A DNA stretch of 63,015 bases, taken from Nitrospirota bacterium. GTDB taxonomy: Bacteria; Nitrospirota; UBA9217. The stretch is from contig JBJKRX010000050.1 in assembly GCA_046704425.1 (NCBI GenBank), positions 1 to 63,015 on the forward strand, in the 5' to 3' direction. Under the pieces are notes generated by a model. It saw only the letters and a program-made list of their open reading frames with translations. It was not told where the DNA came from and did no database searches. The position numbers were made by a program, and so were the translations under genes. Below, piece after piece: positions 28,467-36,182 of this stretch. Each line of letters opens with the position of its first letter. The first letter of the stretch is position 1.

Positions 28467-29318
28467 TCAGATCGAGTAGTATCGTCCTGTTTTCACAAGA
28501 AACCCCTCTGCCGCAAGCTGCGGGAGGAGCGCCTTGACCCTGGCCGGGTCGAGCCCGGTCCGCTTCGCGATCTCGCGCTCCGTAAGCGGCGCTTCCTGTA
28601 CCAGGACCCGCAGGATCGCGCCGCGCACCTGACGGTTCGAGTCTGCAAAGGGCGACTGGCGTGTGTAATGGGCGCTTCTCCGGTTCGGGTTCGCGTGCTG
28701 TTGCTTCAGCACGGACCCGTAGTCCATCAGGGCGTTGTACCAGGTGCGCGGGTCCGTGCGGTCCAGGGTCCGCTCGATGAGCGGCAGGAGCTCGTTGTCC
28801 GGCACTTGGTCGCGGTCCGGAAAGAACTCATGCAGAAAGACCCGCCGGATGTTCGTGTCGAGAAAGACCACGGGCTTGTTGAAGGCAAAGGCGAGCACCG
28901 CGCCTGCGGTGTAGCGCCCGATGCCCGGCAGCGCGAGCAGGGCCTCCGGGTCTGCGGGCAGCCTGCCGCAATGATCGCGCAGCACGGTCTTGGCGAGTTC
29001 CTGGAGCGCCAGGGCGCGGCGGTTGTAGCCCAGGCCGGACCAGAGACGAAGCAGCGTCGCGCGCGGGGCGCGCGCCAGGGCGGCGAAGCCCGGAAAGGCC
29101 GCGAGGAACGCCGCGTATTTTCCGATGACCCGGTCCACCTGGGTCTGCTGCAGCATGATCTCGGACACGAGCACGCGATAGGCCGTGGGCCGCTTGCGCC
29201 AGGGAAGGTCCCGGCCGTGCTTTCCGTAGTGGGCCAGGACCCGCATCCGGAAGGCGCGGACCCGGGCCGGAGTCAATGCCGCTCGTGTTTTTGTTTTTTG
29301 GTTCATTTCCGTCGACAA
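28467..29318 (-). CDS. HhH-GPD glycosylase, MutY-like core, with C-terminal wHTH-like domain
   Basis: 283-aa ORF. LPWRKRPTAYRVLVSEIMLQQTQV (MutY Glu context), HhH LPGIGRYTAGAV, Asp context FLDTNIRRVF. No Cys residues where the 4Fe-4S loop would be. Tail NRQVRGAILRVL...EREIAKRTGL...LAAEGFL looks like a winged helix. Confidence 0.7.
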   Translation of the reverse strand: MSTEMNQKTKTRAALTPARVRAFRMRVLAHYGKHGRDLPWRKRPTAYRVLVSEIMLQQTQVDRVIGKYAAFLAAFPGFAALARAPRATLLRLWSGLGYNRRALALQELAKTVLRDHCGRLPADPEALLALPGIGRYTAGAVLAFAFNKPVVFLDTNIRRVFLHEFFPDRDQVPDNELLPLIERTLDRTDPRTWYNALMDYGSVLKQQHANPNRRSAHYTRQSPFADSNRQVRGAILRVLVQEAPLTEREIAKRTGLDPARVKALLPQLAAEGFLVKTGRYYSI

Positions 29319-29433
29319 ATCCGGTGATGGCCGCTGAGCCGCAGAAGTCGCAACGGCACGAGACGGCCGGTCTTCTCGGCGTCTCTGCGCCTCCGCGGTG
29401 AAAGGGTAGGTACGCCCTTCTCTATCGCGATCC

Positions 29434-29462
29434 TTGACAAGCGGATGCTCTGCGGGTAGTAT
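29434..29462 (+). promoter_or_regulatory. sigma70-like promoter for lgt copy 1
   Basis: TTGACA (29434-29439), 17-nt spacer, TAGTAT (29457-29462), 24 nt upstream of ATG 29486. Confidence 0.5.
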
Positions 29463-29485
29463 CTGTATCGTCCTCAGGACATCGC

Positions 29486-30283
29486 ATGATCCCCTATCCG
29501 AACATATCCCCCGTGATCTTCCGCATCGGCCCTTTCGCGGTCCGCTGGTACGGCGTCATGTACGCCGTGGGTTTTATCGCGTCTTATTTCCTCGTGCGAC
29601 GTCAGATCAGGCAGCAGGGGCTCGACCAATCGGGCGCCATCCCGGAGCTCTTCCTCGATTCACTCTACACCTCGCTCGTCCTGGGGCTCGTGATCGGCGC
29701 GCGGCTCGGCTATGTGCTCTTCTACGACCTGTCGAGCTACCTCCGGCACCCCCTCGAGATCTTCGCGGTCTGGCACGGGGGCATGTCCTTTCACGGGGGG
29801 CTGATCGGGTCGCTCCTGGCCGGCTACTGGTGCTGCAGGAAATACAAGGTGGACTTCTGGATCGCCGCGGACCTGGTGATCGTGACCGCGCCGATCGGAC
29901 TCGCTGCCGGCAGGATCGGCAACTTCATCAACGGCGAGCTCTGGGGCAGGGTCACCGACGTGCCCTGGGCCATGGTCTTTCCCTCCGGCGGCCCCTTCCC
30001 GCGCCACCCCTCGCAGCTCTACGAGTTCGCGCTCGAGGGCGTGCTGCTCTTCGTGATCCTCTGGATCGCAAAGAACCGGAAGCATTTCCCGGGGGCCATG
30101 GTCGGCCTGTTCCTCGTCCTCTACGGCTGCTTCCGGATCTTCGCCGAATTCTTCCGTGAGCCCGACGTGCAGCTCGGGTTCGTGGCAGGTCCCTTCACGA
30201 TGGGCCAGGTCCTGAGCTCCGTGATGGTGCTCTGCGGCGCGGTCCTGCTCTGGTACCGTTGGCGGAAGACCCGCAGCCGCTAA
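29486..30283 (+). CDS. lgt: Prolipoprotein diacylglyceryl transferase, copy 1
   Basis: 265-aa ORF. VRWYGVMYAVGF, HGGMSFHGGLIG, GRIGNFINGELWGR and RHPSQLYE are Lgt signatures. Confidence 0.9.
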   Translation: MIPYPNISPVIFRIGPFAVRWYGVMYAVGFIASYFLVRRQIRQQGLDQSGAIPELFLDSLYTSLVLGLVIGARLGYVLFYDLSSYLRHPLEIFAVWHGGMSFHGGLIGSLLAGYWCCRKYKVDFWIAADLVIVTAPIGLAAGRIGNFINGELWGRVTDVPWAMVFPSGGPFPRHPSQLYEFALEGVLLFVILWIAKNRKHFPGAMVGLFLVLYGCFRIFAEFFREPDVQLGFVAGPFTMGQVLSSVMVLCGAVLLWYRWRKTRSR

Positions 30284-30324
30284 CGCTGCTCCATCACGCA
30301 GTCCCAGGCCGAACGTATAGGATA

Positions 30325-31125
30325 ATGATCGCCTATCCCCATATCGATCCCGTCTTTTTCCGCGTCGGCCCCCTCACGGTCCGCTGGTACGGTCTCATGT
30401 ACGCCGTGGGCTTCGTCGCGTCCTACATCCTCGTACAGTATCAGATCAAGAAACAGCGGCTCGACCGGGACCAGGGCATGTCGGAGTTTTTCGTCGATAC
30501 GCTCTTCACCCTGATGATCCTGGCGCTCCTGATCGGCGCGCGGCTCGGCTACGTCCTGTTCTACGATCTGGGACGCTATCTCCGCCACCCGAGCGAGATC
30601 TTCGCGGTCTGGCACGGGGGCATGTCCTTCCACGGCGGGCTGATCGGCGCGCTCCTGGCCGCCTACCTGGTCTGCAGGAAATTCACGGTAGACTACTGGC
30701 TCCTCGCTGACCTGGTCATCGTGACCGCGCCGATCGGGCTCGCGGCCGGCAGGATCGGCAACTTCATCAACGGCGAGCTCTGGGGCAGGGTCACCGACGT
30801 GCCCTGGGCCATGATCTTCCCCTCCGGCGGCCCCTTGCCGCGCCACCCCTCGCAATTATACGAATGCCTGCTCGAAGGCGTCGTACTCTTCGCGATCCTC
30901 TGGATCGCCAAGGACCGGAAGCATTTCCCGGGCGCCCTGACCGGCCTGTTCATCGTTCTCTACGGCTGCTTCCGGTTCTTCATCGAATTCTTCCGTGAGC
31001 CCGACGCGCAGCTCGGGTTCGTGGCAGGCCCCTTCACCATGGGCCAGGTCCTGTGCGCCTGCATGATCGTCTTCGGCGCCGGCCTGCTCTGGTACCTCCG
31101 CAAGCGCAGCATCCGCCCTGCCTGA
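30325..31125 (+). CDS. lgt: Prolipoprotein diacylglyceryl transferase, copy 2 (tandem paralog)
   Basis: Track ORF 30259..31125(+). Start taken at MIAYPHIDPVFF (ATG 30325). Same Lgt signatures as copy 1. Shares an exact 69-nt run with copy 1 (29906-29974 = 30745-30813). Confidence 0.9.
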   Translation: MIAYPHIDPVFFRVGPLTVRWYGLMYAVGFVASYILVQYQIKKQRLDRDQGMSEFFVDTLFTLMILALLIGARLGYVLFYDLGRYLRHPSEIFAVWHGGMSFHGGLIGALLAAYLVCRKFTVDYWLLADLVIVTAPIGLAAGRIGNFINGELWGRVTDVPWAMIFPSGGPLPRHPSQLYECLLEGVVLFAILWIAKDRKHFPGALTGLFIVLYGCFRFFIEFFREPDAQLGFVAGPFTMGQVLCACMIVFGAGLLWYLRKRSIRPA

Positions 31126-31140
31126 TCCCGCTTTCCCGCT

Positions 31141-32091
31141 CTATCCGACCACGTCCGCAAGCGCCCGCAGGGGGCCGTACGCCGCAAGCCGTTCGAGCTG
31201 CTGCTCGTTCCGGACGAAGAGCGACCCGGCAAAGGCCAGGCTGTTGAGCGAGATGTCCTCGAAGTGCTCGCTGCTCCGCGGCACGACCAGCATCCAGGAG
31301 CGCGTCACGAGCAGACAGTAGGGTTGGGACTGGCGCAGCAGACCGTGATGTGGCGGCCCCGTCATGCCGAGGCTTTGGAGCAGCTCGCCGTAGACGCGAA
31401 AGAGCGTCTCCGAGACCGGTCCCCCGGTCAGCCGCACAAAGGCATGACGGAACGAAAATCCCGGCAGGCGGGTAATATCGCTGTCCGCAACCCCTGCGAT
31501 CAGGGGATCGATCGGGATTCGCGGGCCCTCGGGCGCGAGCGGGAGCGGCACGAGCTGCAGGTGCTTGTGCTTCTGGCTCGCGCCTGCTTCCGCCCCGCCG
31601 TTGTAGAATCCGAGGCTGTCGTATTCCGCCATGCACTGCGCCAGGGCAGCGAAGTCCCGTTGCGTCAGGAGCATCTCCTGGTCCTCGAACTCACGGGTGA
31701 CGAGCAGGAGATGGCGCTCCATCACGTTATACTTGTTCAGGATCGCAATGTGGGTGTCGGAGACCTCGGCAACGGTGAGCTCTTGCTCGGGCGGGAGGAA
31801 CGGATTGACGGGCCTGCCCGCGGCGCCTGCCGCTTCCCGCGCCTTGCGCTCCTCGTCCTTGCGCGCGAGCGCCGCGAGCACGCGCACGAAGAACCGGACG
31901 CCCTGGTCCTCGATGAACTGGTAGCCCGTCGGGATCGGCACGAGCGCGCCCGCGCGGATCGCCTGCTCCGTGGTCTTCGTCACCGCCTGCCACAATTCGC
32001 CCTGCCGGATCTGCACCGATCCCTCCTGGACCTTCGCCGCGTCCTGGTATGCGGCGAAGCGGATTATACCATGATCGAAAAGAGAAGCCAA
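31141..32091 (-). CDS. ATP adenylyltransferase / Ap4A phosphorylase II-like (Apa2, GalT-branch HIT) protein
   Basis: 316-aa ORF. NKYNVMERHLLLVT and GASQKHKHLQLVP (HxHxQ) match the Apa2 family. Confidence 0.65.
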   Translation of the reverse strand: MASLFDHGIIRFAAYQDAAKVQEGSVQIRQGELWQAVTKTTEQAIRAGALVPIPTGYQFIEDQGVRFFVRVLAALARKDEERKAREAAGAAGRPVNPFLPPEQELTVAEVSDTHIAILNKYNVMERHLLLVTREFEDQEMLLTQRDFAALAQCMAEYDSLGFYNGGAEAGASQKHKHLQLVPLPLAPEGPRIPIDPLIAGVADSDITRLPGFSFRHAFVRLTGGPVSETLFRVYGELLQSLGMTGPPHHGLLRQSQPYCLLVTRSWMLVVPRSSEHFEDISLNSLAFAGSLFVRNEQQLERLAAYGPLRALADVVG

Positions 32092-32229
32092 AGAAGCGAC
32101 AGGGAAGGCATCTGCGGAGAGGCAACGATGAGCACCGGCAAGCCGCTATCGGGCAATCCCGCGTCTTGGGAGGTCGCGTTCTTTACGTCCCGATAAATCG
32201 GGGTGCCGGAGGTGGCTCCACTCCCGTTC

Positions 32230-33210
32230 TTACGTCTCCGGCCGTCTTGCACCCGATGTCCCCGAATCCGGTGATCGCATCTCCGCCGATCGCTGTAACA
32301 GCGCCGGCGGCTCACAGAGGACGACCTTTTCGCGCCCGCTCGCGGGATGACGAAAGCGCAGCAGCATCGCGTGCAGAAGGTAGCCCGGGTCCCCGGGCAG
32401 GGCATGCGACCCCGGCAGGGGCAGACCGCCCGGGCCGTAGAGCGGATCGCCGGTCAGGGGATGTCCCGCGGATGCCAGGTGGATCCGGATCTGGTGGGGA
32501 CGGCCCGTCGCGATCTGCAGATCGCAGAGGAAGGAATCCGCGCGGCGCTCGACGACGGTCGCCGTCGAGAGGGCGAACTTGCCGCCCGGGAGTGCGGCAT
32601 GGATCGACCCGAGCATGGGGTGCGGCACGGGGCCGATCGGCGTCGCAATGGTCGTCGCGTCCCAGGCGGGCCGCCCGCTTGCAAGCGCGCGATAGCCTTT
32701 GGCGATCTCGCGGGTAGACCACTGACGCATCAATTCGGTCCGGGCACGCCGGTTCTTTGCGCAGAGCACGATGCCCGACGTCCATCGACCCAACCGATGG
32801 AGGGGCGCAGCGTCCGGCGCAGCAGCCCGCACGAGATGGAGGAGCGTGGATTGGAGGAAACCGGCACCGGGGAGCGTGGGCAGTCCCGCCGGCTTGTTCA
32901 CGGCGATCAGGTCGTCGTCTTCATAGAGAACGGACAACGACGCGGGTGCGGCCGGCTCGATCCAGGGCGGCCGATGCCACGCCAGCAGGCAGCCCCTCCG
33001 CAACACGCAGTCGCTCCGCGCAGGCAGCCCGTCGATGCGCACCTGCCCCGACGCGATCCGCGCTGCCCACTCCTTCGGCGACGAGTGGCGATAGCGTTCG
33101 CTGAGATAGGCGAGCAGCGCACGGCCGTCAACTGCGGGACCGAGACGCTCGGAATAGACGCAGCCTTCGTTCGGTCGTGTGTTCGCGGAGGAGATCGATG
33201 TCGCTGTCAT
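32230..33210 (-). CDS. RluA-family pseudouridine synthase homolog with S4-like N-terminus; Gly at the catalytic Asp position
   Basis: Track ORF 32230..33540(-). Start taken at ATG 33210. Motifs: VLYEDDDLIAVNKPAGLPT, HRLGRWTSGIVLCAKN (family consensus HRLDxxTSG), TGRPHQIRIHLA. Confidence 0.7.
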   Translation of the reverse strand: MTATSISSANTRPNEGCVYSERLGPAVDGRALLAYLSERYRHSSPKEWAARIASGQVRIDGLPARSDCVLRRGCLLAWHRPPWIEPAAPASLSVLYEDDDLIAVNKPAGLPTLPGAGFLQSTLLHLVRAAAPDAAPLHRLGRWTSGIVLCAKNRRARTELMRQWSTREIAKGYRALASGRPAWDATTIATPIGPVPHPMLGSIHAALPGGKFALSTATVVERRADSFLCDLQIATGRPHQIRIHLASAGHPLTGDPLYGPGGLPLPGSHALPGDPGYLLHAMLLRFRHPASGREKVVLCEPPALLQRSAEMRSPDSGTSGARRPET

Positions 33211-33465
33211 GGTTGCCCGGTCCGGGAAACGTCCTCTCGTAAATGGCGGCCTTGGAAAGACCTGTGTGGGACTGCAATCATACCGTTCGCTGCATGAAGC
33301 ACGGATTACCGCGTCCTGCCAGGCGTAGCAAGCGCAACGCATCATCGTGAAATAGTTGTATGATACTATAAAACGAGGGTCAAGCAAAGATGCTTCGCGC
33401 CCGCGGTCATGGGTTGGTGCGCGTGGTTTGTTTATCCGCTTATCATGCGGTCCCCGCTTCCCCCC

Positions 33466-33494
33466 TTGACGCAGAATGTTGCAAGGGGTACCAT
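33466..33494 (+). promoter_or_regulatory. sigma70-like promoter for the kinase gene
   Basis: TTGACG (33466-33471), 17-nt spacer, TACCAT (33489-33494). The 5' UTR holds a duplicated CCGCGGTCC (self-complementary CCGCGG core) just before ATG 33531. Confidence 0.4.
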
Positions 33495-33530
33495 GACACA
33501 TGGCCGCGGTCCTTTCCGCGGTCCGGCACC

Positions 33531-34832
33531 ATGCACGCATCAGTAAAAATAGGCAAGTTCCGCATCATCCGCACGCTCGGCAAAGGCAGCATGGCCACGG
33601 TCTACCAGGCCTACGATCCCTTCATGCAGCGGCAGGTGGCGCTCAAGGTCACCGACCCCCTCGCCCTTTCCGATGATCACGTCCGGCGGCGCCTGGTCGA
33701 GCTCTTCTTCGCCGAGGCCCAGATCTACGGCATGCTGCACCACCGGAACATCCTCCCGGTCTACGACGCGGGCGAGGACGGGGACCTCTACTACCTCGTC
33801 ATGGAATACATCGAGGACAGCGAGAGCCTGCTCCGCTTCTGCGAGCCGGACGCGCTCCTGCCGATCCCGCAGGTCGTGGACATCCTGTACCAGTGCTGCA
33901 AGGGCCTGCAGTACGCCCACGGCCAGGGCGTGATCCACCTGGACATCAAGCCCGCCAACATCATGCTGGCGGCCGGGGGCCGCGTCAAGCTCGCGGACTT
34001 CGGCCTCGCGCGGATCCTGCACGAGGACACCGACCACCTTGCCCTCGAAAATATCCGCGGCACGCCCACGCACATCGCGCCGGAACGGCTGCGCCGGGAG
34101 CCGGTGAACCACCAGGCCGACATCTACTCCCTGGGCGTCGTGATGTACTGCCTCCTGACCGGCCAACGCCCCTTCATGGCGCCGGACCTCCGCGGCTTGA
34201 TCGACCAGGTCCTCCACGCCGATCCCGCGCCGCTCGCGCACTGGCGGAGCGATGTGCCCGAACCGTTCGAGCGGATCGTGCGGCGAGCCATGGCCAGGGA
34301 CCCGCGCATGCGCTATGCAAGCGCGGCCGAGATGGCGGCGGATCTGCACGTCTGGTACGAACGCACCGCGAACGCCGTCGCACCGGCCGACACCGGCACG
34401 CAGGAGCGGGTCCGGGGGCTTGCGGCCCTCCCGTTCTTCCGTGACTTCTTCGAGACCGAGCTGACCGAGGTGGTGAACGCGGGAGAATGGCGGGAGATCG
34501 AGGCAGGGCACGAGGTCCTCGCGGAGGGCGGCCTGGACGAGGCCTTCTACGTGATCGTGAACGGCGAGGCGTCGGTGCTCCTCGGCGACACCGTGGTCAA
34601 TACGCTGATCACAGGCGACTGTTTCGGCGAGATGCCCGGCGCGGCGCGGCCGCGCGCCACGGCCATCCGCGCGGAGAGCGAACTGGAGGTCCTCAAGGTC
34701 TGCAACGACTCGCTCGAAAAGACCTCGGTCTACTGCCGCCTCAAGTTCACCAAGGCCTTCCTGAACACACTGCTCGAACGCCTGTCGCACGCGGACCGGG
34801 ACCGCCCGGCGCGCGGCACGGCCGGCACCTGA
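33531..34832 (+). CDS. Hanks-type Ser/Thr protein kinase fused to a cyclic-nucleotide-binding domain
   Basis: Track ORF 33390..34832(+). GKGSMATVY, VALKV, HLDIKPANIM (non-RD), DFG, GTPTHIAPE. C-terminal cNMP fold with FGEM...RATAIRA. Confidence 0.85.
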   Translation: MHASVKIGKFRIIRTLGKGSMATVYQAYDPFMQRQVALKVTDPLALSDDHVRRRLVELFFAEAQIYGMLHHRNILPVYDAGEDGDLYYLVMEYIEDSESLLRFCEPDALLPIPQVVDILYQCCKGLQYAHGQGVIHLDIKPANIMLAAGGRVKLADFGLARILHEDTDHLALENIRGTPTHIAPERLRREPVNHQADIYSLGVVMYCLLTGQRPFMAPDLRGLIDQVLHADPAPLAHWRSDVPEPFERIVRRAMARDPRMRYASAAEMAADLHVWYERTANAVAPADTGTQERVRGLAALPFFRDFFETELTEVVNAGEWREIEAGHEVLAEGGLDEAFYVIVNGEASVLLGDTVVNTLITGDCFGEMPGAARPRATAIRAESELEVLKVCNDSLEKTSVYCRLKFTKAFLNTLLERLSHADRDRPARGTAGT

Positions 34833-34845
34833 GCCGGCCCTCCGA

Positions 34846-35991
34846 TCAGCCCTTGTCCGCCGAATGATCGAGGTCGAGGATCGTCCTCCCGTCGAGGTAG
34901 GTCTTCGTGCGGTAGTGCGTGATCTCGGTCATCTTGTTGATGATGCCGTCCATGCGGTCGCAGCTCGCGAGGATGGAAGCGATGTTCTGCCGGAAGGGGG
35001 TCTTGCCCTGCAGCTTTTCGTCGAGCAGGCCCGCAAGGATCACCACCGCCTGCAGGGGCTGGCGCAGCTCATGGGCCGCAGCGCCCGCCACGTTCAGGGC
35101 CGCGTCCAGCTTCGCCGCCGTGACGTCGTGAAAGACCACGACCTCCCACAGCTCCCGCGCCGGGGGCAGTTCGATGAACGACGATACCACGGAGAAGGTC
35201 CTGTTCCGCCATTCCCAGTCGCGCCGGTGCTCCAGGAACGAGCGCACCGCGCGATAGGTCGGACAGGTGAAGCAGGCGGGCTCCGGCAGGAGCGGCGACT
35301 GGTCGAGCCCGCGGGTCCAGCAGCGCAGAAGCTCGCCGTGCCGTTCGCACCGCGCGCCTGCGGCTGCACGGACCGGACCGCCTCCTTCCCGGAAGAGCGT
35401 CTCGATCGCGGCAAACGCCTGCAGCAGCGTGGACCCCGCGGGCAGGTCGTGGATCGTACGCCCGGTCAGCGGCCCGTTCAGGCCGAAGACCTCGCCGCAT
35501 GCCTTGTTGCAGATCATGATGCGGCCCGTGGTGTCGAGGAAGAGAATGCCGTCGCCGATGCGGTCCAGGAGGGCCTCGAGCATCTGCTGGCGCTCCTGCA
35601 GCAGCCGCTCCTGCTCCAGCCGCGCGCTCACGTCCTCGAAGATCTCCACGCCGCCGATGATCGCGCCGTCGTCGCCCCGGACCGGGGCGGTCTTCACCTC
35701 CACGGGCACGCGCACGCCGTCCTTGCGCCGCAGGTACACGACGTGCGGGCCTTGCGGCATGCCGCTGTCGATGGACTTCTGGAGCGGGCAGGCGGTCAAA
35801 CAAAGCGCCCTGCCCTCTCCGTCCACGTGCTGCAGGATGTTGTCCTGGCAGCATTGGCCGACGATCTCGCCGCGTTCGTATCCCGTAATCTCTGCTGCGG
35901 CCTTGTTCCAGAGCACGAACCGGCGCTCCGGATCGGTCACGTAGATGCCTTCGTTCGCGGCGTCGATGATCTTTTCGAGGCGGATGTCCAT
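34846..35991 (-). CDS. PAS-PAS-HisKA protein lacking a HATPase_c domain
   Basis: Track ORF 34846..36111(-). Start taken at MDIRLEKII (ATG 35991). Two PAS-like blocks (GIYVTDPERRFVLWNKAAAEITG; GILFLDTTGRIMICNKACGEVFG). H-box AAHELRQPLQAV. Only about 70 aa follow the His and no N/G1/F/G2 boxes are present. Confidence 0.75.
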   Translation of the reverse strand: MDIRLEKIIDAANEGIYVTDPERRFVLWNKAAAEITGYERGEIVGQCCQDNILQHVDGEGRALCLTACPLQKSIDSGMPQGPHVVYLRRKDGVRVPVEVKTAPVRGDDGAIIGGVEIFEDVSARLEQERLLQERQQMLEALLDRIGDGILFLDTTGRIMICNKACGEVFGLNGPLTGRTIHDLPAGSTLLQAFAAIETLFREGGGPVRAAAGARCERHGELLRCWTRGLDQSPLLPEPACFTCPTYRAVRSFLEHRRDWEWRNRTFSVVSSFIELPPARELWEVVVFHDVTAAKLDAALNVAGAAAHELRQPLQAVVILAGLLDEKLQGKTPFRQNIASILASCDRMDGIINKMTEITHYRTKTYLDGRTILDLDHSADKG

Positions 35992-36182
35992 GCCGGTTTT
36001 ATGATAGCATAAACGCCCACCGGAGCAAAGCACGCTTTTTCCTGTCCTGCTCCGTCCGCGCGGGGTTGTTGCCCGCACGCGGCAATCGTTCATCTTCCCG
36101 TAATCTTTCACGGTTTATACTGGATACCGGATTTTTGGGGCCCGCGTTGTGCCGTGCGGGCACGCCACAAGACCGGTGAGAT

